Assembly: GCF_001194135.2 (NCBI RefSeq)
Contig: NC_069001.1
Coordinates: forward strand, 37,577,308 to 37,641,157
Origin: Octopus bimaculoides
Lineage: Eukaryota
Length of the DNA: 63,850 bases
Direction of reading: 5' to 3'
Below are positions 36,634 through 50,261 of the stretch, one piece after another. Positions within the stretch are counted from its first letter, which is position 1; each line of letters begins with the position of its first letter. Below the pieces are notes generated by a model. That model was not told where the DNA came from. It did not search any database and saw only the letters and a program-made list of their open reading frames with translations. Position numbers and translations under genes: made by a program.

Positions 36634-37850
36634 ACATATATAAACTAATACATCCATTTGTTGTTTACACCACCTGTTTTTGTCTGTTGTTTTTTTCATA
36701 AATTCTCCCATATATATATGTATGTGTATATGTACGTCTATTTGTGTATTTGCTAACATTCTAGTCACTACCTCACTTTCATTTTTGTCTGGCTTAATCC
36801 TTCCTCAGCTTTGAGGGCAGTGCATAGTTTCCACAAATTTATGTCTTCTTTTTTTGTTTCCATAATATTGTAACCCATATAGTAATAATAATAATTTCAC
36901 CTTTGGTGAAATTTACCTGGTGGAATTTTCCTACAATGGAATTTACCTAGAACCGTATATATATATATAATTAATATAAACAGCAGTTTGGAATTTTTCA
37001 CCAAACACGAGAATTATAATTGTCACTAAATGTGACTAAGGTGTTAAGAAACACGTACATTGCTAGAAATAAGAACTAAACTGCTATAATGCTGTAGTTT
37101 ATAATGCTCTTATTTCTAGCAATGTAGTCACATTTAGTGACTATTTTGTACACACACACATATATACATATAGATAGATATATACACACACACATATATA
37201 TACACACACGCATATACATACACACGCACACACATAATATCATTATCTGCATTGTGTATGGCAATGACTTGCATATTTATTCTTAACACATTGTTGTGTA
37301 TGTCACAAAACAACTTCTCATTTTTACGACAATAATGTGTTTATAATAAATATAAATCTGTTGCAATGGATTATTAGCATGGACTCTCAGAAATTCTGAG
37401 TTAGTGTCCAACGTGCTGGAAGACCACTGAGAATGAGGCACCCCATAACTTTTGTTAAGGCATGTCCCCAGGAGAAGGTCACTCTGGTATAAAACAAGAT
37501 GTGCAGGGAATGGCATTGAACATTTTGGAGATATTTTGCTTGCACTTGAAATCATGACACTTCCACATTCCCGAGCCTGCAACCCATGTTGGCACTGGAT
37601 ATCTTGCCCGGACTTGTCTCTAGATTGTGTCAGTAGGATCTGGAAGGTGCTGTGCAAGCCTTATTGGACCTAAATTTTTATGTTTTGCAACTATTTGATG
37701 CCTGGTTGTGTAGGAGGACGCCATGGCAAGCCTGGAAGCAGCAGATACCTGTGTGTATGAAGTTTCATGGTTTGATATTTGTATGTGCGATATTTTCTCA
37801 TGGTGTGTTTGTGTGTCTATATGAAACTCCATTGTGGCTTGTTTCTATTA

Positions 37851-37897
<47 letters not shown>

Positions 37898-40389
37898 CCC
37901 TGTGGTGGCTTGTTTGTGTAAGCCGGCTGACACTTGACCTTTCAAATCCTGCCTAACAACTTGACCTATTCCCAGTATCAATGACTGTGCAGAGAGAGAG
38001 AGAAAGAAAGAGAGATACAATGAATGTTAGACTTTGTACAGTTATGTTTGAAGGGGAGTGGGAGGGAAGGTGTACGTTTGAGTGGAAACAGCTAAGGAGA
38101 CTTAGATAAGGGCCTAGGGTTCCTCTGTTATCTTTTATTTGTTTCAATCATTAGACTGTGGCCATGCTGGGGCACCACCTTGAAGGGTTTGACCCCAATA
38201 TGTATCTTTTTTTTTTTTTTTTTGAGCCTGGTATTTACCCTGTTCTTATGTTATGGGGACATATACACGCCCTCACCTATTGTCAGGCTGTTGTGGGGGC
38301 AAACACAGATACAAAGACACACACACATACAGTAATCCCTCGACTATCGCAGATGTTACATTCCAAAACCCTCCACAATAGATGAAAATCCACAAAGTTG
38401 AAACAGTACTGTACTCTTTTAATTATTTTTATAATTTGTATCTATTTATTTTATTATAAATGTAAAACAACAACATGGAGGAATTGATGTAAGCTTAAAT
38501 AATAAACCGCGATTGGTGAACTGTGACAGGTGAACCACAATATGGCAAGGGATTACTGTATATATAATGGGCTTCTTTCAGTTTTTCGTGTACTAAATCT
38601 GCTCACAAGGCTTTGGCCAGCCCAATACTATAGTAGAAGACACATGCCTAAGGTTCCACACAGAGGGACTAAACCCAGAACCATGTGATTGGGAAGTGAA
38701 CGTCTTACCACACAGCCACACCTGCACCTCTATCAGATATAAGTTTGTATATATCAGGAAAAAAAAAAAACAAGAAAAAAAAGCTGACAGATTCTGAGTT
38801 CAATTGCTATCACTGACACGAATTTCAAAGGTCGTCAATGATTGCCAACTTTTAACCCTTACATTACCATATTTTTGTTGAAATACATTATTTTTGCTTC
38901 AGTTAATTTTGAAAATAATGTATTTGTCAAATTTTTGGTGGCTGTAAAATAAAAGGGGTCCCTTGTTGGACGTATCCCTAGAAGTCTATGACAGGGCCGA
39001 GGTCAGTGACCATGTGAGATTATCGTATTAGTCCTTACCCCGACCCCCCACTCCTTACATCTCGTGAAGTCATGGAACTATATGGAACTTTTTTTCTTTT
39101 ACCCTTCCAGGAATGGTTAAATAAACATGAAAGGAAATTTGGACATTTCATTGACGGAGTGTGGGTTAAACCAGAAGGACGAGAGACCGTTAACAGCACA
39201 AACCCTTCAACAGGTTTATGAACAAGTCTTACTTGAACCCTTTTGATACCGTCCTGCTTGGGACTGTCCCCTACCCCCTGTTTTAACTCCCAGCTTAAAG
39301 TGATTTATATTAAAACCTTCTTTCAAAACTGTGTTAATCTATGTTCTAAATCCAAGATTAATGATCACATTATTATTTTTTTAATTCATTATTTTCAAAA
39401 TTAAATGAAACAAAAGCAATGTATTTCAAACAAAAATATGCTAACAAAAGTGTTCAGCAGAATTTGTTAAGTTGATCTCTTTTATAGAATGGTGAACATT
39501 TGAACCAGATTTCTGGTTCCTTCCCTGCCAACTTACAAGCTTCTTAACTCTTTTAACCCTTTGGTGTTTAAGCCGGCCATATCCGGCCCAAATATCCGAC
39601 ATGATTTACATTCAGACTGGCCATATCTAGCCTCTCACACCTAACCTACAATGACATTCTAAGAATAAACTATCACACCATCGAAATTTCAAAGCTGTAA
39701 GATAATGTATGATTAATTCAAAACAATTCGAGTGAAAAAAGTATTACATTTAATAGATTAATCTGAACACTAAAGGGTTAAGTACCATTCCTGTCCCTGA
39801 TTCTATGATAGAAACTTCCTATTTTAAAATGATCTAAATTAAAACTTTCCATCAAAATTTCATGTTAATTTATGTTCCAAACACTAACTTAATAATAGCT
39901 GTTATTTTACTAAATTCTTTATCGTTTTCAAAATTAATTGAAGCAAAGGCATTGCATGCTGATAGAAATATGGTAACAAAAGGGTTAATATAATATATCT
40001 GAATGTGACAACTGGGGCTGCTGTCTGTAAAACTCCTGGTTTCTTGGTCTTTGAAAGTCTTCTGGCCATTTGTAAGAACTGGCTTTCCAATCTACAACAG
40101 AATTCCCTCTGTGGTTCACGAACAGACTTGAACCATGGTGTGTAAATCAATAACCCAAGGCTTGGTGCCACACTATTTGAATAGATTAAGGCCATATTCA
40201 GTAAATGTTCTGGTGCCATGGTCTTTCAAAGTTCAAGGACCATGGATTGAATTGACTGGTGTCATTAACCATGATCAGTGAAAGCTTTGCTTCAGTGTGT
40301 AATAGAAGATACAGCACCAAGAACTGTGAGAGGACTAGTGCCAAAGTCTGTAGGAGATTTGGTACCAAGACCTGAGAAAGTTCTGCTGC

Positions 40390-40428
<39 letters not shown>

Positions 40429-43400
40429 CCNNNNNNNNNNNNNNNNNNNNNCCCCCCCCCTCTCTCTCTCTTATGCAAAAAAAAAAAAGAAGTTTCTGAT
40501 TAAAACTTTTCTCCTTGCTCTTTTCCACTTTCTATCTCTAGATGAAATTCTAGCCACAACCATCCAGGGTGTACAAGATGATGTTGAAGCTGTTGTTAAG
40601 GCTGCAAAGAAAGCCTTTACTTCATGGAGCACCCTGTCACCCCATACAAGAGCTCGTTATCTCTACAGGTAAGACAAAGCCCAACTCTATCTTCCCAGGA
40701 CTACTGTTGTTATCGTTGCTACTTAACCCAGAATTGATCATAACTCTGATTTACCTGATCTGTGATGAGACAATCCAGTCATGACCATCCAATCTTGTAT
40801 TTTTCTTTGAAGATTGTAAGGTGTTATTTAATGGGTAGGGGTGTATGGCTGCTATTTCTAGCCTGTTGTATGGGTATGAATCTGTGTGTTTCATTGTGTG
40901 TGCTTTTATGCATATCATGCAGTGTCTGAGGGCACTTTTGTGGGTGTCCTATTGTGTAAATCTGGTCTTCTGTGTGGCTGTAGTTTAACCCTTTCATTAC
41001 CAACCTGGCTGAAACCGACTCTGGCTCTCAATACAAATGTCTTGTTTTCAAAGGTTCTGAATTAAAATCTTCCATCAAACCTTAGTCACAATTTATGTTC
41101 CTAACACTAGCTTAATGATAACTAAGTTATTTTACTAAATTCTTTGTTATATTTAAAATTAATTGAAAGAAACACAGAGCATCTCGACAGAAATATGGTA
41201 ACAAAAGTGTTAATGGGGGTGATTATAGTTTGTGTATGCTTTTGAGGTTGGCATCCTGTGCCTTTGTCCTTCTCGGTGTAGTTATGTGAATGTTGTTTTA
41301 CAAATGTCAAACCATCCAAGTTTTATGCATTTTCATGGTTGCAATTGTTTGTTCTGATAAAACTTTTTATTTTCATTTCAGTATTGCAAGAAACATTCAG
41401 AAGCACCAGAAGTTGTTGGCGGTGCTGGAGAGCATGGATAATGGTAAACCATTCCGAGAGACTCGTGACTATGATATTCCAACAGTTATAAACCACGTCT
41501 ACCATCATGCTGGATGGGCTCAGCTGATGGACACCGAAATGAGGGGCTGGAAACCACTTGGTAAGGAACGTTATGAAAGTTCTTCTCTTTCAACTTTTGT
41601 AAATTCATTATTCAGGGCCAATTAATTTCGATACAAATACCTTTTCCTGCAGGTGTTGTCGTGGGCATTGTACCATGGAATTTTCCACTGATGATCCTCA
41701 TGTGGAAAGTATGTCCTGCCCTGGCAATGGGTAACACAGTCATCTTAAAACCAGCATCTTACACCCGGCTCAGCTGCCTCCTACTGGCTGAGATCTTTGC
41801 CCAGGCTGGGTTGCCTGCAGGTGTATTCAATGTTGTCACTGGCAACGGAGCATTTGGCAGCCGTTTAGCAGAACATATTGATGTTAACAAAGTAGCTTTC
41901 ACTGGATCCACTGGCGTAAGCAACCAACCTTTTTGTTTTGTTTGTTCTAAGTTAATTTACATTTCAAATATCAGCTTAAAAAATGACAATTATTTTACTA
42001 AATCCTTCATTATTTGTTGGAGTTGATCTCTAACTGTGGAGGGAACCTGTGGAAGAAGCAGACCCTGGAAGACATGGGATGAGGTGGTGAAGCACGACCT
42101 TCAAACATTAGGCCTCACTAAGAGGATGACAAGTGGCTGAGACCTTTGGCGATTTGCTGTGCTTGATTAATGTTTCTTAATTAATGTTTCAAACATCAGC
42201 TTCATAATGAGTGATTTTAGTAAATTTTTCATCATTTTCAAAATTAATTGAAATGAAGGCAGCAAAAGTGTTAAACTTTAGTGTTAAATTTATTAATTGG
42301 TTTCTTTCTTTCTCTCTTTCTAGGTTGGTCAGAAGCTGCGTCAATTGACCGCTGGAAGTGGCAAAAAGTTGTCACTGGAATTGGGAGGAAAATCTCCAGT
42401 GATAGTCTTTGAAAATGCTGACCTTGACAGTGCTGTGGAAGGTATAGTTGATGCCATATGGTTTAATCAGGGACAGGTAAGTGTCAATCTCTCTGTCTGT
42501 GCTCTTTATTTCGAGGTTAGGTGTAAGCATTTTATAAATTCACTGTAAAGATCCTTTCTAGATGTAAAAATATTGTAAAATACTCTCTGAAGATGAGGTG
42601 TTTGCATACATTTTTAAACAACATCCTCTCTACACATGTGTCTACTTTTCCATGTTTGCATGGGTCAGACAGAATTCGTTGAAGCAGATTTTCTCTGACT
42701 GGATGCTCTTCCTGTCACTAAATCTCACCTGTTTCTAAGTAACATGGTATTTCCCCATAGTCAGACATGTTTTCCATGATTTGAAGTGTTGATTCCTCTC
42801 TTGGTAAATTGTTCAATCACTCTGTTGACTGTGGCAAGAGGAATCTCAAGATTCTGTGCAATCTTATGCTGTCTAAGTCCACCTTCAGATTTACTCACAA
42901 TATGCCCTCTTTGCTTCTGGTGTTCATGGCATGGCTTGTTGCTATAAACAATTAATATACTCATCATTTTACTCACCATTTTACTCACCATTTTACTCAT
43001 ACATTGCAATACTTCAAACAAATTTTCTAACAATCAGTATACTGTAATCTGAAATGAAAACCGAATCGTATAACATATATTATGAAGCAGCAGGGGTCTG
43101 ATGTAATTGACTTAAATTGCTGGCCTTGTGCCAAAATTCGAAACTGATAATATTGTTTAGCTTAGATTTCCTTTCCTTAACTGTGGTTCTGTCTTCAGGT
43201 CTGCTGTGCCGGATCAAAGCTTCTTGTGCAAGAACCCATTTATGAAGAAATGATCAGCAGACTTAAGAAGCGGTTGGATTGTTTTCGGATAGGCTCTGGC
43301 CAGGACAAAGCCATAGATATGGGTGCCATTGTGAATGAGAGTCAAAGAAAAACTATTGATTCTTTTGTTGAAGAAGCAAGAAACGAAGGAGCCACGGTAA

Positions 43401-46400
43401 GTTTCGTGTTCCTGTTTCTCCCAGTTCCTTTATTCAGGACCATCAAAATATGCCTGTCCCCAATGAAATGGTACACCACAAGGGGCATCAAACTGTTCTT
43501 TGGATTTTTTTTTTCTTTGTTCTGCCTTGGCCCTTTCTCTTGTACTTTTGCCTCTCATCTCCCAGCATCAAGTTGATCCCTTTGGGGTTCATAGTTTTGC
43601 AAAGTGCATGACAGCCTCGCTCATGCTGGAGGCTGTGACTGAGTGTTTTCAATTAATCATGGATTATCTCATAGCTTTGAGATTATGATGATGAAGATGA
43701 GATGGTTTATTTGTAGAATGAAATTATAGGGTAGATGGCAGATGCCAGATTTGGCCCCTTTGAACATAAAACAGGTGGAATATTTTGGCCAGATATGGCC
43801 GGTTGGAATGCTAAAGGGTTAATAACACTACTGGTCCTTTGTGAATGATGTTCCATGACATATTTGTTCAAGGCTGAGTTACACACACTCCCTTGTTGCT
43901 CCTAGCATCAGAAATGGAACCACCCTGTGATTTGTCCACTGTAAACCATTAACTAACAAAGGAATTGTTCCACACCATCCTCCTCCTCATCATTTAAAGT
44001 TTGTTTTCCTTGCTGGCATGAGTCGGAGAGTTTGACAGGATCCAGTGAACCACAAGGCTGCATTGTATTCCATGTCAAATTTGAGATGGTTTCTACAGCT
44101 GGATGCTTTTCCTGACACCAACCATTTTACAGAGTGCACTGCATATTATTTGTTGCACCAGCATTAGTGAGGTTGTCAAGTAATTTGCAACACAGGAAAG
44201 AACAAAGAAAAGGGAAATGACCTTTTGATTATGGTGGCAGCAGAAGGGGAGTATTTGAGGGAGTAGACAAATGATTTTACTGTTTGTCATAAAATACGTA
44301 AGTAAATAAATAACTGAATAAATTGTAATTTCTTGAGCCATTTATTTCATTGTTTTCCAAATTCGTGCAGGTGTATCAACCATCGTTGACGATGCCAAAC
44401 AAAGGATGTTTCTACCTACCCACCTTAATTACAGATGTCCAGACTGTCTCTAGAGTTGTTGAAGAAGAGGTAATTTTCTAGCAGTCTTTTATTCTTTTAC
44501 TGGTTTCAGCCATTGGATTGTGGCCATGCTGGAGCAGCTCTTCCAACAATTTCAGAGGATCTCATCAACCCACTTTGGTACCTATGCTAAGTTTCTGCTT
44601 TATACGTGAAGGGGCAAAACTCGATGCTGGTAACCCCCTGCAGAGACTCAGGTGCAACCATGTGCACACACACACAACAGGCTTCTTTCAGTTTTTGCCT
44701 ACCAAATCTACTCTAACACTTTGGTCAGTTCGAGGCTATAGTAGAAGACACTTTCCCAAGATGCCATGCAGTGGGACTGAACCTAAATCCTTATGGTTGG
44801 AAAGCAAACTTCATAACCACTCATACATGTGTATGTGTGTGTGTATATATGTGTGTATATGTATGTATATATATGTATGTGTGTTAGTGTATATATGTAT
44901 GCATATATGCGTGTATGTATCTCTCTCTCTGTATATATTTGTGTGTGTGTGTGTGTGTGTGTGTGTACTCTTATTTCTCTGTATATTTGTAATTCTCTTC
45001 TGTTACTACAGATCTTTGGTCCTGTGCTGGTAGCCATGTCTTTCCGTACAGCAAAAGAAGCCATCAAATTGGCCAACAACACAATATATGGTCTTGGAGC
45101 GAGTGTGTGGACAGAAACCTCAGCTCTTGGTTTAGAAGTGGCATCAGCCATCCATGCCGGAACCGTCTGGATCAACTGCCACAACGTGTTTGATGCGGCT
45201 GCTGGATTTGGAGGGTTTAAACAGAGTGGTTATGGACGCGATGGTGGGAAAGAGGTAAGTCTGAGGTAGGAATGGGGTGGGGGTTGTGGTGAAGAGGGAA
45301 GACTGGTGTAGAGGTGGTGGGGGAAAATTGTAGTGAGGTGATGATGTAGTCAGGTAGTGATGATGATGGATGATGTCATCTATTGCTAGAGAAGTAAGAC
45401 TAGTTGTGCTGGTGGTGGTCTGATTGAACAGATCTGTGATCAAAGCTAATCTGGCCATGACCATCCTGTACAAGGAACCCAAGCCAACATTATCCAGCAT
45501 GTATTTGTTTTAAAGACTGTGGAAATGTGATTTGTGGGAGATTTGGCTGCTTTTTCTAGCAGGTCATGCAACCCTGTAGAGCAGCAGTTATTTGATGCTT
45601 AGAAAGGTCTTGATTTTTATAATTAGGTATTATTAAGAAATGTATTGAAAAAACTTAAAATATTTTGTGTATTGAAGAAATATAAGCATCTGGACCCCTG
45701 TTGTGAACCATTGATGTAGGGGATTCTTTGTAGAAGGGGTGGGGTGTAGGTGGGGATGTTCCCCTTGGGAGCATCTTAGATTATAGGCTTGCTGGATAAG
45801 AGATGATTTGGTGCTTTTTAAACACATCAGCAGTAAGGAAGACACATTAAATAATATATTCCTAGATACACTGTGTCTGGATAAACAGCTTGTGAATGAG
45901 GTCTGAACTGGGCTGCTAAGCAATCGAAGGACACCTTAGATAATGTACTCTTAGATACATTGTGTCTGGATAAAAGATGAAGTAGTCACAACTAGAACAC
46001 CTGTAATGAAAGGTCTGTTGGATCAGGGTTGACCGGGGGCGTCCTAAATACCACCATCATCATCCTCATCATTTAACATGCGTTTTCCATGCTGGCATGG
46101 GTTGGACAGTTTGACAGGAACTGGCAACGCTGGAGGACTGCACCAGGCTTCAGTCATCTATTTTGGTGTCTGGCGAGATGCCCTCTTTACAGAATGTACT
46201 GGATGCTTTTAATGTGGTGTCAGCACTATGTCTGAATAAAAGGGAGGATGGTCATTGCTGGGATCTTATTGACAACTGCACTGGTATGGTCATGTGATGT
46301 GTATGGGCGAGGACAGCTGTGTAAAGAAGTGCTGATCTCTGAGTGTGGAGGGAACCTGTGGAAGAGGTAGACCCAGTGAGACATGGAACGAAGTAGTGAA

Positions 46401-49400
46401 GCATGATCTTCGAACTTTGAGCCTTGCAGAGGCAATGACAAGTGACCAAGACCTTTGGTGATGTAATGTGCTTGAGAGCCTGGTGGCATGTAAAGAATAC
46501 CTTTTGAGCGTTGGGCCTCACGGAGGCAAATGGCCATGACCGAGACCTTTGGCATTATGTCATGCTTGAGAAGACCCATCAAGCCGAGCAAAGTTGCCAT
46601 CCTGGCAGATACCAGTATCATGCAAATTGGCACCCATGCCAGTGGCATGTAAAAGCAGCTTGGTGTCACACAAATGGCTCCCATGCCAGTGACATGCAAA
46701 AGCACCCATTACATTCTCGGAGTGGTTGGCATTAGGAAGGGCATCTAGCCATAGAAAACCATGCCAAATCAAACTGGATCCTGGTGCAGCCTTCCAGCAT
46801 GCCAGCCCAGTCAAACTGTCCAACCCATGCCAGCATGGACAACTGACGTTAAATGATGATGATGATGGTTACTGGATAAGAGCTAACTTATGAAATCTTG
46901 TAGAAAATCCTTAAGTGAAGTCCCTTGTCTTGTAGGGTTTGTATGAGTATGTGCAACCATCTTGGATGAATAAACCAAAACATGAAAAAGTTGAAGTTGA
47001 TATGAAGGCTTTTGGTTCTGCTGAATTCTCTCATTCTTTGCCAGGCAACCAAAGTGTGATTCCACCCAACACTGATCCTACAACAGCACCAAGGTATGAA
47101 GAAATTCTTTGAGAGAATGTCAAGCAATTCATTGTTGGAATGATGGAATTTGAAGCAAATCAGGTTAAAGATAAGAGTGTAAATATTAAGGATATGTCAG
47201 GGGTAAGGAGTTTGCTTCCCAACCACATGGTTCCTGGTTCAGTCCCATTGTGTGCCACATAAGGCAAGTGTCTTCTATAGCCCAAGGCTGACTAAAGCCT
47301 TGTGAATGGATTTGGTAACTGGAAACTGAAAGAAGCCTGTCATATATGTCTGTCTGTCTGTATGCGTTTGTGCCCCACCGCCAGTTGACAACTGGCATTG
47401 GTATGTCCCTGTAATTTATGGTTTGGCAAAAGAGACCTATAGATTAAGTACCAGGTTTTTTAAAAGAATAAATCCTGGGGTCAATTCCTTCAACTAAAAT
47501 TCTTTAAGATAATGCTCCAGCATGGCTAGAGTCTAATGACTGAAACTAGTAAAAGATAAATAATAAAGAATAAAGTTTCTAAAATGGATAAAGAAATTTG
47601 AAGGATTGCTTTGGTCCTGTGGTAGAACATCTATCATGTCTGCAAAAGTTTTGGGTTCAAGCCCCCAGACAGCCTTTGATTTTTTTTTTTTTAAATCCAA
47701 AAGAGGGGTTTTTCAACCTAATATCTACACTCTTGCTTATAACTTTATCTGCTTCAAGACCTGACATGTCCAAGAAATAAAACAGTTCTGTACAAAGTTG
47801 AAGCTTGGAATTTGCAATATTATTTTTATTCCAGAGTTTACAATTGTTTCAGCAACTCCAAAGTGACTAATCCTGCATCATGTTTATAAACCTGTCTGTT
47901 TTATTATTTGTACTCAATGATGGAAAAGTAATTTGTAGGTTTTCAGTTTTTCTGTTCATTTGGGAAAGTTCCATACAGGAACATCTCCTTTCAATTCATT
48001 GAAGGTGAGTTGTGAGGGTTCATTGAGGGCAATTTAATCGGCCATTAAAAGTGGGTTTTAGGGGCCTTTTATCAGCCATTAAAGGTGAGTTGTGAGGGCC
48101 CTTTCTCTGACACATAAACATTGTTTTATTTCTTTGTTTATTAATTTATGTTTTTGTTCTCCTTTTAAAGCAAATATTCTTTTTATTTGTCTTCAGTGTT
48201 GACAGAACTTACAAGCTGTATTACGGAGGAGGTCAGAAGCGTCCAGATGGTCAGGCCTCTCGCACCATCTTCAGTGACTCAGGGAAAATGGTCGGTGTGG
48301 TTCCAGAGAGCAACCGCAAGGATGTCCGCAATGCTGTGGAAGCTGCACAGAAAGCTGCCCCTGGGTATTGTTCAGTTTTTGCCTTTTTATCTGCCTCGCT
48401 GCATCTAGGGTTGAGCAATATCTAAGTGATCTATCTGGTCTGGTGGAATTTCAGTCTTTTTGAGGGGAAGAAAATAAAGAACCATTAACTGGAAGGGTCA
48501 ACAGATTGCCCTTCTTAGGGAGTTCTGAAGCCTTTAATTTCAGTGTCTTTAATGTTAATATTTTAATGTGTGTGTGTGTGTAATTGCTCATGAATACTCA
48601 TGTTGGGTTTTCTTTCAGCTGGGCCAACAAGACCTCACGTCTACGCTCACAGATCATGTATTACATTGCCGAGAACCTGGGTGCTCGCTGTGATGAGAAT
48701 GCTCAACTTTTACATGAAATGACAGGTCGAGAGATGAATGATTGTCTCAATGAAGTTCAGTTGTCCATAGAACGGTTGTTTCACTGGGCAGCCTACTGTG
48801 ATAAATATGGTGGAACCGTGCAGGTAAGAATGTCAGCTTTGTTAAATATTAGAAATGTATTTGTTGGACCTGTTTATTGTGGTTGTTTTTGTTTTTTAGT
48901 CCCCTAAGTTGGCCCTGAATTTTAAAATTAGTTTACAGCTTAGTCAGAAGAGGAAGGACCAGTCTTGTTACCCTTTTCTGAAGCCCCTGAGATAAATGGT
49001 TTGGAAGTGGGGAGAGCATTATCCTTGGAGTGGAGATCCAATTTGTATTCTTGCAACTAAGCCGACCCATTACTATATTTAGTTTCAGCCCTTTTTGTTT
49101 TGAGTTCAACCTCACCAAAATCAGTTTTCTCTTTCATCCCTCCAGGGTCAATGGAATAGTGCTGGGATCAATGTAATTGACTAACAACCTCCTATAAAAC
49201 TGTTAGCCTTGAGCCAAAATTTGAAACCATCACCATCATCATCAAGATCAAGGTGGCAGCATCGTTAGCATGCCGGACAAAATGCTTAGCAGCATTTCAT
49301 TTGTCTTTATGTTCTGAGTTCAAATGCCATTCTTGGTTGACTTTGCCTTTCATCCTTTTGGGTCAATAAAATAAGGGCTAGTTGACTTACCCCTTCCCCC

Positions 49401-50261
49401 AAAATCGCTGGCCTTGTACCATAATTTGAAATCATTCTTCTTCTTCCAGGAAACTACTCTCTATGGTTTGACCGTTAAAATCCACCAAGCCGTTGGTGTT
49501 GTGGGAATTGCTTGCCCTGATGAGAATCCACTGCTTAGTTTTGTATCCCTGTTTGCTCCTGCTTTTGCCCGGGGTAATGTGACAGTCATTGTCCCAAGTG
49601 AGAAATATCCCCTGTCTGCTATGAACATGTACCAGGTAACCTGTCTTTACAATTTTATATATATTTATTCACTTTGGCTTCAAGAATTGGAATTTGCAGC
49701 TGTTTAATGAAGATGTGAGGTGTGGATTTTGTGGGGTGAAATGTTGAGGACTTAAGTGTGTGTGTGTGGAGGACTTTCATGAGAGGGTTGTGAAGGCTAT
49801 TTTTACTGTGTTGGGGGCATCCTGAATGTCATGAGGGCTCTCTTGAGTATGTGGAGAAAGCAATTTTTGAATGGGCATTTAGGGCTTTCATAAGTGTGTG
49901 GTGAGGGCTTTTTTATGTCGTGATTTTTTTTTTTTAACCTTTTTTTGATCTCTTTCTACAGATATTTGACACATCAGACGTCCCTGCTGGAGTCATTAAT
50001 TTGCTGTCTGGTAACAGAGACCATATTACCAAATACCTCACAGAGCACCACAACGTTCAAGCCATGTGGTATTTCGGAACTGCTGAAGGTTCAGCATTTG
50101 TTGAATTCACTTCAGCAATAAACTGCAAGAGAACCTTTGTGAATTATGGTCAGCCACGAGATTGGACTGACCCTGAGCAAGGCCATGGAGAAGAATTTCT
50201 TTACCATTCCATTCAATGCAAGAACATTTGGCTGCCAATGGGTGACATTTTTGCCAACTAA
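32512..50261 (+). CDS. ALDH16A1: Aldehyde dehydrogenase family 16 protein (ALDH16A1 orthologue-like), complete, 824 aa
   Basis: Exons: 32512-32604, 39111-39213, 40542-40668, 41382-41560, 41653-41915, 42324-42476, 43199-43396, 44371-44469, 45012-45254, 46936-47093, 48197-48364, 48619-48823, 49450-49635, 49962-50261; 2475 nt, all GT-AG, in phase. It has the N-terminal [12 protein letters not shown], a full ALDH domain ([38 protein letters not shown]) and a second truncated ALDH-like domain, the ALDH16 architecture. Confidence 0.95.
37022..37141. repeat. Imperfect hairpin sharing the GCTAGAAATAAGA core with 16779-16920
   Basis: GTCACTAAATGTGACTA/TAGTCACATTTAGTGAC and TACATTGCTAGAAATAAGA/TCTTATTTCTAGCAATGTA are exact reverse complements. 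Confidence 0.8.
38330..38558. mobile_element. Tigger/pogo-like MITE
   Basis: TA-CAGTAATCCCTCG ... CAAGGGATTACTG-TA: TA TSD with a 12/13 TIR match. Confidence 0.8.
39557..39777. mobile_element. piggyBac-like MITE (family P1)
   Basis: TTAA-CCCTTT ... AAAGGG-TTAA; homologous copy at 51519-51729. Confidence 0.8.
40989..41209. mobile_element. piggyBac-like MITE (family P2)
   Basis: TTAA-CCCTTTCATTACC ... GGTAACAAAAGTG-TTAA. An opposite-orientation homologue is at 57990-58211; fragments at about 4900-5050, 38855-38935, 39305-39450, 39830-39988, 42170-42280. Confidence 0.75.
42775..42935 (-). mobile_element. Tc1/mariner transposase N-terminal HTH remnant in ALDH16 intron 6
   Basis: [36 protein letters not shown] resembles the Tc1 HTH (R..IV.....G.S...IA..L.....TV.RII..F). 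Confidence 0.6.
46057..46868. mobile_element. RTE LINE 3' end (plus) joined to an antisense RTE-type 3' end
   Basis: An RTE ORF tail ([21 protein letters not shown]...DRDLWHY.LEKT) at about 46340-46580 runs into 3' UTR and (GAT)n. The left end is the reverse-complement (CAT)n-tailed end. Confidence 0.7.
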
